Below, in pieces: positions 1 to 8,495 of a stretch of DNA of 64,000 nucleotides. Made by a program: the position numbers and the translations under genes. The stretch lies in assembly GCA_015233195.1 (NCBI GenBank), contig JADFYE010000009.1, positions 8,026 to 72,025 on the forward strand. Reading direction: 5' to 3'. This DNA comes from Candidatus Omnitrophota bacterium. Lineage in GTDB: Bacteria; Omnitrophota; Gorgyraeia; Zapsychrales; Zapsychraceae. The notes under the pieces are model-generated. The model saw only the letters and a program-made list of their open reading frames with translations, was not told where the DNA came from and ran no database searches. Within the stretch, counting starts at the first letter, position 1. Each line of letters starts with the position of its first letter.

Positions 1-1
1 A

Positions 2-808
2 GTATTAACCCAGCCGCAATTAGCAGTACGTTTTATGACTGTTAAAAGTAACAAAGAACTAAACCGCGCAGTCATGGTCGGAGGTATTTTTATTTTATTA
101 ATGACTGGCGTGGCTTTTACTGTAGGTGCTTTATCAAATGCTTACTTTGTAAATAACCCGCAATTTGGAAAAATCTCGATCGCAGTTGCAGAAGGTAATA
201 TCGACAAAATCATACCTTTGTATGTTAATTCAGCTATGCCGCATTGGTTCGTGTACATTTTCATGCTAACTCTTTTAGCAGCAGCTATGTCGACCAGCAG
301 TTCTCAATTCCACTCAATGGGAACATCTTTCGGAAGAGATTTTATTGAGCGCACTTTCTTTAAAGGTCAAAAAAGCAGTCTTGGCATGACCAGGCTCGGT
401 ATAGTAATTAGTGTAATTATAACTGTTGTGTTAGGTTATAAATTACCAATAAGCGTGATAGCGGTTTCAACTGCAATATTTTTTGGAATGTGCGCCAGCA
501 TTTTCTTACCGGTATTTATCGGCACACTTTATTTTAAATGGATGACCAAAACCGGCGCGATCTGCAGTATGTTAGTCGGTCTATTTGGTTCAGCAGGATG
601 GATGTTGTTCGTACATCTAAAAGAATCCAATGCAATCGGATTTTGCAAATTCGTATTCAGTAAACCAAGTGTTGCTTCATTTCCTTGGACCGTAGTAGAC
701 CAGCTTTTTGTAATTTTACCGCTATCATTTTTAACCGCAATAATAGTTAGTTTGCTCACTAAAAAGCCTGATCAAACTCATTTAAACAATTGCTTTAAAC
801 ACATTTAA
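2..808 (+). CDS. sodium:solute symporter (SSF) family transporter, 5'-truncated by window edge
   Basis: Reading frame is open back to nt 2. '..QPQLAVRFMTVKS' resembles the SSF 'QPHIxxRFM' motif. The rest is multi-pass hydrophobic C-terminal region. Confidence 0.8.
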   Translation, partial: VLTQPQLAVRFMTVKSNKELNRAVMVGGIFILLMTGVAFTVGALSNAYFVNNPQFGKISIAVAEGNIDKIIPLYVNSAMPHWFVYIFMLTLLAAAMSTSSSQFHSMGTSFGRDFIERTFFKGQKSSLGMTRLGIVISVIITVVLGYKLPISVIAVSTAIFFGMCASIFLPVFIGTLYFKWMTKTGAICSMLVGLFGSAGWMLFVHLKESNAIGFCKFVFSKPSVASFPWTVVDQLFVILPLSFLTAIIVSLLTKKPDQTHLNNCFKHI

Positions 809-812
809 CCAA

Positions 813-860
813 AACCAACCCCGGGGGTTGTCGAATTTACGACAACCCCCGGGGTTGGTT
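813..860. terminator. perfect 21-bp GC-rich hairpin (putative terminator after the symporter gene)
   Basis: aaccaaccccgggggttgtcg (813-833), loop aattta, cgacaacccccggggttggtt (840-860) is an exact inverted repeat. No clear U-tract on either strand. Confidence 0.5.
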
Positions 861-874
861 CCGGTTCAAAACTA

Positions 875-2371
875 ATGAAAATATCACGTATCATCATAGT
901 ATTGGCGCTCACCGTAGGAATAGCATACGCGATTATATTAATAAAACCATCACATACTAAAGAATCCTTTATCGAAGCAGTAGCTAAAGGTCATATCGAT
1001 ATAGTAAAATCGTTTATAAAAAATGACGCAAATGTTAATACAAAAGATATTAATGATAATACTGTTTTGATACTGGCATCTGATGGAAACCATGCTGATG
1101 TAGTAAAACTGTTGCTTGATAAAGGCGCTAATGTTAATGCGAAAAATAATAAGAGTCTTACTGCTTTAATGGTAGCTTCTTATAAGGGTAATACCGACTT
1201 GGTTAAACTATTACTTCTTGATAAAAGTATTGATGTAAATGCAAAAAACAATCAAGGAAATGCCGCTTTGTTAGGGGCAGCTGCAAAAGGTTATATTAAA
1301 ATAGTAGAGCTGTTGATTGATCATAAAGCTGATGTTAATGCAAAACACATGCAAGGTCTTACTGCTTTGATGATAGCCGCTCAAGAAGGACATATTGATG
1401 TAGTGAAACTATTAATAGATAAAGGCGCGAATATTAACGCAAAAGACATGACTGATAATACTGCATTAATGCTGGCATCTGAACGGGGTCATACTGAAAT
1501 AGCTAATATGCTAACTGCTGCCAACAAAGTAAAACAAGCATCTAATATTCAACAAGCTGCGACCAGCAAAGAATCCTTGGTAGAAGCAGCATTAGACGAC
1601 AATATCGATTTAGTGCAGCAGTTGCTTGATAATGGCGCTGATGTTAACTTAAAAAACAAGTCAAGCATCACTGCTTTGATGGGAGCATCGTATAAAGGCA
1701 ATGCTGAAATAGTTAAACTGTTAATCAAAAAAGGCGCAAATATTAATTTAAAAAATAATGATGGTACTACTGCTTTTATGTTTGCATCTACAAAAGGCAA
1801 TATGGAAATAGTTAATATGCTCCGCGATGCAGAGACGGCAATGCAGGAATCCAATAGTGAAAAAACAAATACAACCAACCAAGAATCTTTAATCGAAGCA
1901 GCATTTAATGGTCATATCGACGCTGTAAAATCCTTGCTAGAAAATGGCGCAGATGTTAATGCAAAAACCCAAAAAGGCAGTGTTACTGCTTTAATAGGAG
2001 CAGCTGCTGTAGGTCAGATTGAAATAGTAAAACTTCTCCTTGATAAGGGGGCAGATGTGAACGCAAGAGCATACCTGGCAGGTTCAGAAGGGATTACTGC
2101 CTTAATGGCTGCAGCTCAAAATGACCAAGGTAAAATAGTGAAGCTGTTGCTTGAGAAAGGCGCGGATATTAACGCGAAAGACAAATACGGTCTTACGGCT
2201 TTATTATTAGCATCCTATAGAGGTCATGCAGATATAGTAGAGATGTTGCTAAAAAATGGTGCTGATGTGAACGCTAAAAATGGCGATGGCACAACCGCTA
2301 TAATGTTTGCTTCTAAAAAAGACCGCTACGAAATCATAAAAATGCTCCGTGCCGCAGGGGCGAAAGATTAA
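875..2371 (+). CDS. membrane-anchored ankyrin-repeat protein
   Basis: N-terminal hydrophobic anchor (IIIVLALTVGIAYAIILI) followed by a dozen or more ~33-aa ANK repeats. Recurring pattern is 'TALMxASxxGHxxIVKLLLxKGADVNAK'. Confidence 0.9.
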   Translation: MKISRIIIVLALTVGIAYAIILIKPSHTKESFIEAVAKGHIDIVKSFIKNDANVNTKDINDNTVLILASDGNHADVVKLLLDKGANVNAKNNKSLTALMVASYKGNTDLVKLLLLDKSIDVNAKNNQGNAALLGAAAKGYIKIVELLIDHKADVNAKHMQGLTALMIAAQEGHIDVVKLLIDKGANINAKDMTDNTALMLASERGHTEIANMLTAANKVKQASNIQQAATSKESLVEAALDDNIDLVQQLLDNGADVNLKNKSSITALMGASYKGNAEIVKLLIKKGANINLKNNDGTTAFMFASTKGNMEIVNMLRDAETAMQESNSEKTNTTNQESLIEAAFNGHIDAVKSLLENGADVNAKTQKGSVTALIGAAAVGQIEIVKLLLDKGADVNARAYLAGSEGITALMAAAQNDQGKIVKLLLEKGADINAKDKYGLTALLLASYRGHADIVEMLLKNGADVNAKNGDGTTAIMFASKKDRYEIIKMLRAAGAKD

Positions 2372-2504
2372 GAAAAAGCCAAAGATTTTCTTTTGCTTTT
2401 ACCTGATATTTTTGTATAATACACCTCAATTTTCATGATACAGTATATAATCTAAAATTAGTCTAATTATTGTATATAATAGGACTTTTCAAAGTCCTAC
2501 TTTT

Positions 2505-2581
2505 CGGAGCGTAGCGCAGCTGGCTAGCGTACTAGTATGGGGTACTAGTGGTCGAGAGTTCGAATCTCTCCGCTCCGACCA
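2505..2581 (+). tRNA. tRNA-Pro (anticodon GGG), CCA encoded
   Basis: Cloverleaf folded by eye. Acceptor CGGAGCG/CGCTCCG; anticodon stem CTAGT/ACTAG with loop ATGGGGT (U33, GGG, G37); T-arm GAGAG-TTCGAAT-CTCTC; discriminator A plus CCA. Confidence 0.9.
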
Positions 2582-2622
2582 TTTAAATTTTGTCCGTTTA
2601 ACTTTTAAAAGGGAGCGGCTAC

Positions 2623-3036
2623 ATGGGCTTATTTGGTAAAGAAACACCAAAAAAACCGGAACAAGATGAACATCTTGATCGGCGGCATTATCCCAGGTTC
2701 AAAAAAAACTATATTTTAAAATATTTCCCAAAAGATAATCCTTCTGAAAAGATTGAGACTACACAGTTAAAAAATATCAGTTTTGGCGGTATGTGTTTTA
2801 TTACCACCAAAAAATTTGAAAAAGACCAAGAACTCTTTCTGGAACTTCAGACCCCATATTTATCTGAAGTCACTCATTTAGAAGGGGTGGTTCAAGAATC
2901 ACACCAAAAAATATCCGACGTGCTTTTTGAGACCAGATTAAGTTTAAAAAATCTTTCTCCGCAAGCAGAATTCCTGATCAGCAAAATGGTAGAATTCTTT
3001 GCTAAAGAAGAAAAAAAACAAGGTAGCACACAATGA
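2623..3036 (+). CDS. PilZ-domain protein (c-di-GMP receptor)
   Basis: Has RxxxR (RRHYPR) and (D/N)xSxxG (NISFGG) motifs at the spacing expected for PilZ. Stop overlaps the hom start (ATGA). Confidence 0.8.
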   Translation: MGLFGKETPKKPEQDEHLDRRHYPRFKKNYILKYFPKDNPSEKIETTQLKNISFGGMCFITTKKFEKDQELFLELQTPYLSEVTHLEGVVQESHQKISDVLFETRLSLKNLSPQAEFLISKMVEFFAKEEKKQGSTQ

Positions 3037-4322
3037 ATAAAATAAATATCGGTTTAATCGGGTTTGGCACTGTTGGTTCTGGTACTGCTGAATTCTTACA
3101 TGCCAAAAAAACCTATATAAAAAATAAGTACCATACGGAATTCGTATTAAAGACTGTATGTGATCTTTATATCACTCCGGATAAAGTAAAAAAATTTGGT
3201 AAAGTAAAAATAACTAAAAAATATCAAGACATCCTGGATGATCCTGAGATAGACGTAGTGGTCGAACTTATTGGCGGACTTCATCCTGCAAAAGAAATTG
3301 TGTTTGGAGCACTTTCTAATGGCAAAGACGTGGTAACTGCCAATAAAGCCTTGATCTCCCATCATGGAAAAGAACTATTTACATTGGCTCAAGAAAATGG
3401 TCTACGTTTATTTTTTGAATCAGCAGTAATGGCAGGCGTACCGACCATAAAAACCGTAACTGAGGGAATTGTAGGGAATGAATTCAACGGTATATACGGG
3501 ATATTAAACGGCACTTGCAATTATATACTAACCCAAATGACTGATAACAATTGTTCATTCCAAGACGCGCTAAAAAAGGCTCAGGAAAAAGGTTATGCTG
3601 AAGCTGACCCGACTCTGGATATCAGTGGAGGGGATACCGCGCATAAGCTTTTGATAATGGCGTATTTAGCATTTGGTAAATTCATAAAGTTCGGCGAGAT
3701 TTACACTGAAGGCATTTCACATATTTCACAAAATGATATTGAATACGCCGAAAGTTTAGGTTTAGCAATAAAATTATTAGCTATAGCAAAAAAAGTAAAC
3801 GGAACAATTGAAGCACGTGTTCATCCAACTTTAATACCCAAAGAACATCCATTAGCGTCTATAAACAGCGTGTTCAATGCCATGTTATTAGATTCTGATA
3901 TGTTAGGTAAAGTTCTTTTATCCGGAGAGGGAGCAGGAAAAATGGCAGCTGCTTCTGGAGTTGTGAGCGACCTTATTAATTTAGTTCATAATCCATCTCA
4001 ACCGATTTTGGCTAATTTGACTTATGAAGATAAATCTTTATCAATCAAAAAGATCGACGATGTTGTGAGTAAATTCTATTTGCGGTTGTTAGCAGTGGAT
4101 AAACCCGGGGTATTATCAAAAATAACCGGCGTATTAGGAAAACACGGTATAAGTATTAATTCCGTTACCCAAAAAGAACAAAATAATAAAGCTCCAGTAC
4201 CAGTGATCATGCTAACTGACCACACTATTGAAAAAAATATGCGCAACGCGCTGAAAGAAATTGAAAAAATGGCAGTTATCAAAAGTAAGCCGGTTGCAAT
4301 ACGAATGGAGACTTTACAATGA
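3033..4322 (+). CDS. hom: homoserine dehydrogenase
   Basis: N-terminal NAD fold 'IGLIGFGTVGSG', central homoserine DH domain, C-terminal ACT-like domain, ~430 aa. Confidence 0.92.
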   Translation: MNKINIGLIGFGTVGSGTAEFLHAKKTYIKNKYHTEFVLKTVCDLYITPDKVKKFGKVKITKKYQDILDDPEIDVVVELIGGLHPAKEIVFGALSNGKDVVTANKALISHHGKELFTLAQENGLRLFFESAVMAGVPTIKTVTEGIVGNEFNGIYGILNGTCNYILTQMTDNNCSFQDALKKAQEKGYAEADPTLDISGGDTAHKLLIMAYLAFGKFIKFGEIYTEGISHISQNDIEYAESLGLAIKLLAIAKKVNGTIEARVHPTLIPKEHPLASINSVFNAMLLDSDMLGKVLLSGEGAGKMAAASGVVSDLINLVHNPSQPILANLTYEDKSLSIKKIDDVVSKFYLRLLAVDKPGVLSKITGVLGKHGISINSVTQKEQNNKAPVPVIMLTDHTIEKNMRNALKEIEKMAVIKSKPVAIRMETLQ

Positions 4323-5371
4323 AATGGACTGGTCTGATAAATCATTACCGGAAATTTTTACCAGTAACTGACAAAACCCCGGTCGTTACTTTGAATGAAG
4401 GAAACACCCCGCTGATTAAATCACTTTATTTGTCGTCGTTGATCGGATTAGAAGTGTATTTGAAATATGAAGGGTTAAACCCGACAGGTTCTTTCAAAGA
4501 CCGGGGTATGACCATGGCTATATCCAAAGCTAAAGAGGACGGTGTAAAAGCTGTAATGTGCGCGTCCACTGGCAACACTTCAGCGTCTGCATCAGCTTAT
4601 GCCGCCCGTGCAGGAATGAAAAGTTTTGTACTAATACCCGACGGTAATATTGCCCTCGGTAAATTAGCTCAAGCCATGATCCACAATGCTACGGTAGTTG
4701 CTATAAAAGGGAATTTCGACCAGGCATTAGAAATGGTTGTAGAGGTAACTAAAAAATATCCGATTGCTTTAGTAAATTCTATAAATCCATTTCGGATTGA
4801 AGGTCAAAAAACTGCGGCATTTGAAATTTGTGATTTTTTAGACGATGCTCCGGAATTTCATGCAATACCAGTCGGCAATGCAGGTAATATTACCGCTTAC
4901 TGGAAAGGCTACAAAGAATATAAACAAGTCGGAAAATCAAAACAGCTCCCGAAAATGTTAGGATTTCAAGCCGCAGGTTCTGCTCCTATAGTTTTAGGCA
5001 AGCCAGTTTTAAAACCTGAGACCATCGCGACTGCTATCAAAATCGGCAACCCTGCAAGCTGGAAATTTGCTGAAGCTGCGCGAGATGAGTCTAAAGGTTT
5101 AATTGATATGGTTACAGATGATGAAATACTTGAGGCATACAAACTGCTTGCTAAATACGACGGTGTTTTTTGTGAACCAGCGTCAGCAGCGTCTGTTGCC
5201 GGTATAATAAAATTAAATAATAAAGGATATTTTAAAGGACAAAAAGGACGCATTGTTTGTACGCTGACTGGGCATGGATTAAAAGATCCAAATATCGCCT
5301 TAAAATGTGTGGGAGAGCCGATAAAGATAAATGCTGATATGAAAGAGCTATTGGAAAAGATTGGATTTTAA
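4319..5371 (+). CDS. thrC: threonine synthase
   Basis: PLP-lysine region 'NPTGSFKDRG'. Short-type ThrC length. Start overlaps hom stop. Confidence 0.92.
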   Translation: MKWTGLINHYRKFLPVTDKTPVVTLNEGNTPLIKSLYLSSLIGLEVYLKYEGLNPTGSFKDRGMTMAISKAKEDGVKAVMCASTGNTSASASAYAARAGMKSFVLIPDGNIALGKLAQAMIHNATVVAIKGNFDQALEMVVEVTKKYPIALVNSINPFRIEGQKTAAFEICDFLDDAPEFHAIPVGNAGNITAYWKGYKEYKQVGKSKQLPKMLGFQAAGSAPIVLGKPVLKPETIATAIKIGNPASWKFAEAARDESKGLIDMVTDDEILEAYKLLAKYDGVFCEPASAASVAGIIKLNNKGYFKGQKGRIVCTLTGHGLKDPNIALKCVGEPIKINADMKELLEKIGF

Positions 5372-5410
5372 AAAGAAGATAGCAGTAAGAGGATATAGAC
5401 AAGAAAACAC

Positions 5411-6046
5411 ATGCTAAAAAATAAGAAAGTTTTAATTACGTGTGGACCGACATGGGTGCCGATTGATGAAGTCCGGGTTATCAGTAATGTGTCCAGCGGG
5501 CAAATGGGGCATATATTGGCGTCTGCATTTTTACGTGAAGGATGCCAGGTTACGTTAATAGAAGGTCCAGTTCATCAGCCCATGACTAAGACAGAGGGAC
5601 TCAAAGTAATCCCGTTCTTTTTTTATGAAGAATTGCGCACAACTTTGCTCAAAAAATTAAAGCAAAAATTTGATATAGTAATTCACGCGGCAGCTGTTTC
5701 TGACTACAGGATAAAAAATACTTTTAATCATAAAATTAGTTCGTCGTTAAAAACATTAAAATTGATTTTAGTTCCAACAGCCAAAATTATTACTGAAATA
5801 AAAAAAATACAGCCAAAGTGTTTTTTGGTTGGTTTTAAATTAGAGCCTGGTCTTGGTCGTGACGCATTGATTGACCGGTCACGAAAATTATTTTCAGAAG
5901 CCGGCTGTGATCTGGTAATCGCAAATTCATTACGCGGTAATAAATATAAAGGATATATCATTGATCCCCAATTGAAAGTTGCTGCTTCAGCGGATAGCAG
6001 AGAGGGAATCGTGAAAAAATTAATACAGGATTTAAAAAAATCATGA
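5411..6046 (+). CDS. coaB: phosphopantothenate-cysteine ligase (stand-alone CoaB domain)
   Basis: 'ITCGPTWVPIDEVRVISNVSSGQMG' matches the CoaB signature (GPTxExIDPVRxIxNxSSGKMG). No CoaC flavoprotein domain is present. Confidence 0.8.
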   Translation: MLKNKKVLITCGPTWVPIDEVRVISNVSSGQMGHILASAFLREGCQVTLIEGPVHQPMTKTEGLKVIPFFFYEELRTTLLKKLKQKFDIVIHAAAVSDYRIKNTFNHKISSSLKTLKLILVPTAKIITEIKKIQPKCFLVGFKLEPGLGRDALIDRSRKLFSEAGCDLVIANSLRGNKYKGYIIDPQLKVAASADSREGIVKKLIQDLKKS

Positions 6047-7245
6047 AATATATAGTTATAGTTCCAGACGGCATGACAGATTTGCCCATAAGTTCTTTAG
6101 GCGGGAAAACTCCTCTCCAAGCCGCACGTACTACAAATATGGACCACATGGCGAGTAATGGAATTTGTGGAATGATCCAAACCATACCTCAAGGTATGCA
6201 GCCAGGATCAGACGTAGGCAACATGTCATTAATGGGATATGATCCAGTTGAATATCATCCTGGTCGTGCGCCGTTAGAAGCTGCCAGCATGAATATTAAA
6301 CTTATGCCGGATGAAATCGCATTCCGCTGTAATTTAATTACCATGAGCGATCATATCATGAAAGATTACAGCGCCGGACATATTAAAAATAAAGAAGCAA
6401 CCGTACTGATCGAAGCTCTAAGTAACGGAATTGATCTGCCATATGGAAAATTTTACGCAGGTAAAAGTTATCGGCACTTATTAGTTTTAAAAGTCCGTGA
6501 CCCGGAAGCTTTTTGTAATATTGAAACTGTTCCTCCGCACGATATACTGGAAAAAGATATCCGTGATTACGCGCCTAAAGGTATTCATTCTGAGGTTCTT
6601 ATCAGCATCATGGAACGCGCGTACGCTATTTTGCATAAACATCCGGTTAATGATGTCAGAATCGATTTAAAAGAAAATCCAGCTAATATGATTTGGTTAT
6701 GGGGGCAAGGGATGAAACCCCAACTTCCAAACTTTAAAGATAAATATGGATTAACTGGGGGAGTAATATCCGCTGTGGATCTAGTTAGAGGCATCGGAAA
6801 ACTCGCCGGACTTGAGGTAATAGAAGTCCCAGGTATAAATGGATACTATGATACGAATTATTTAGGCAAAGCCGAATACGCGATCAACGCCCTTAAAAAT
6901 AACGATTTTGTTTTCATACATATTGAAGCACCGGATGAAGCTGGTCATAACGGCGATATTGAAAATAAAATATTATCATTAGAACGCATTGACCAGGAAG
7001 TCATAGGCACTATACTTAACCGCGTGGATATGCACGATACCAGAATACTGGTTGTAGCAGATCATCCAACACCCGTCGAGGTAAGAACCCACACTTCAGA
7101 GCCGGTAAATTTTCTAATGTATGGCAAAGGCATTGAGCCTAATGGCGCGGTAAATTTTTCTGAAATATCCTGCACAGAAAGAAACTTTAAATTCGCCAAC
7201 GGCGAAGAAATGATTAATTTTTTTATAAAAAAACATTTAGATTGA
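6043..7245 (+). CDS. cofactor-independent phosphoglycerate mutase-like protein (archaeal ApgM type); possible alternative homoserine kinase
   Basis: 'MKYIVIVPDGMTDLP...GKTPLQAA...MDHMA' and 'HIEAPDEAGHNGD' metalloenzyme motifs typical of ApgM. Embedded between thrC/coaB and lysC. Confidence 0.8.
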   Translation: MKYIVIVPDGMTDLPISSLGGKTPLQAARTTNMDHMASNGICGMIQTIPQGMQPGSDVGNMSLMGYDPVEYHPGRAPLEAASMNIKLMPDEIAFRCNLITMSDHIMKDYSAGHIKNKEATVLIEALSNGIDLPYGKFYAGKSYRHLLVLKVRDPEAFCNIETVPPHDILEKDIRDYAPKGIHSEVLISIMERAYAILHKHPVNDVRIDLKENPANMIWLWGQGMKPQLPNFKDKYGLTGGVISAVDLVRGIGKLAGLEVIEVPGINGYYDTNYLGKAEYAINALKNNDFVFIHIEAPDEAGHNGDIENKILSLERIDQEVIGTILNRVDMHDTRILVVADHPTPVEVRTHTSEPVNFLMYGKGIEPNGAVNFSEISCTERNFKFANGEEMINFFIKKHLD

Positions 7246-7254
7246 AAGGATAAA

Positions 7255-8481
7255 TTGATGAAAAAGAAGTTCACAGTTGTAATGAAATTCGGTGGATCTT
7301 CTGTCGCCAATGTCGAGCGCATCCAAAATGTAGCCCGACGTATAATAGATACTAAAACCACGAATAACAATGTAGCGGTCGTGGTATCTGCCATGGGCGA
7401 CACCACTGATGAATTCGAAGAATTGGCGTTCAAATTAAGTAAAAATCCTTCGACGCGCGAAATGGACATGCTGATGTCTACTGGAGAACAAATTTCTTGC
7501 GCGCTGGTTGCTATAGCAATCGAAGAATTAGGACATAAAGCCATATCATTCACCGGCAACCAAGTCGGAATATTAACCGATGGAGAATATTCAAAAGCCA
7601 AAATCCAAACTATTAGCGGCGACTGCATTAAAAAAGCGTTTGCAGAAGGAAAAATCGTTATTGTAGCTGGGTTCCAAGGCGTTGACTCAAAAAATGAAAT
7701 AACTACTTTAGGACGCGGTGGATCAGACCTTACTGCAGTTGCTCTGGCTAAAGCATTAGACGCTGATGTATGCGAAATATTTACAGACGTAACCGGTATA
7801 TACACTACTGATCCGCGGATTGTTAAAGACGCAAAAAAATTAAAAGAGATCACATTTGATGAAATGCTGGAAATGGCGTCATTAGGCGCTCAAGTTATGC
7901 AAGCCCGTTCAATTGAAGTCGCAAAAAGGTTTAACATCCCGCTCCACGTCAGGTCGAGCTTATCAAAGGAGGAAGGTACAATGATCGTAAAGAAACTTGA
8001 AAAAATCGAGGATATCTGCGTAACTGGAGTAACTTTAAATAAAAATGAAGTTAAAATAACCATTTGCGCGGTCCCGGATAAACCAGGCATTGCAGCGCAA
8101 TTATTCGGCGAGGTCTCAAAAGCCGGAGTTAATGTTGATTTAATCGTGCAAAACGTCAGCCACACTAAACAAACTGATATTTCATTCACTGCGCCTAAAG
8201 CAGACTTAAGCAAAGCTTTAGACGCTACTCGTAAAGTTGCAGCTAAAATCGGTGCCGGCGATGTTTTAGAATCCAGTAATATTGCCCGCGTATCTATAGT
8301 TGGTTCAGGCATGCGTTCACATCATGGTATTGCAGCGACCATGTTTAAAACTTTAGCTGATAACAAAATTAATATCGATATGATCTCAACTTCAGAGATC
8401 AGCATTTCCTGCATCATCAATAAAGAAGACGCGGAAAAAGCAGTAACAGTTTTACATAAAGCATTTGAATTAGAAAAATAA
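7255..8481 (+). CDS. lysC: aspartate kinase
   Basis: 'VMKFGGSSV' kinase N-terminus, 'GRGGSD' motif, two C-terminal ACT domains, 408 aa. Confidence 0.93.
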   Translation: MMKKKFTVVMKFGGSSVANVERIQNVARRIIDTKTTNNNVAVVVSAMGDTTDEFEELAFKLSKNPSTREMDMLMSTGEQISCALVAIAIEELGHKAISFTGNQVGILTDGEYSKAKIQTISGDCIKKAFAEGKIVIVAGFQGVDSKNEITTLGRGGSDLTAVALAKALDADVCEIFTDVTGIYTTDPRIVKDAKKLKEITFDEMLEMASLGAQVMQARSIEVAKRFNIPLHVRSSLSKEEGTMIVKKLEKIEDICVTGVTLNKNEVKITICAVPDKPGIAAQLFGEVSKAGVNVDLIVQNVSHTKQTDISFTAPKADLSKALDATRKVAAKIGAGDVLESSNIARVSIVGSGMRSHHGIAATMFKTLADNKINIDMISTSEISISCIINKEDAEKAVTVLHKAFELEK

Positions 8482-8495
8482 CCTAAGAGGTTAAT

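Noticed and set aside
2481-2498. Hairpin aggacttt-tc-aaagtcct just upstream of tRNA-Pro as a terminator
   Set aside because: It has a short 8-bp AT-rich stem and lies 110 nt after the ankyrin stop and 6 nt before the tRNA. It is more likely part of the tRNA 5' leader, and there is not enough evidence to call it.
7062-7853. 263-aa ORF on the - strand
   Set aside because: It is fully antisense to the well-supported apgM-like and lysC genes. The composition is low-complexity with no motif. It is an antisense shadow ORF.
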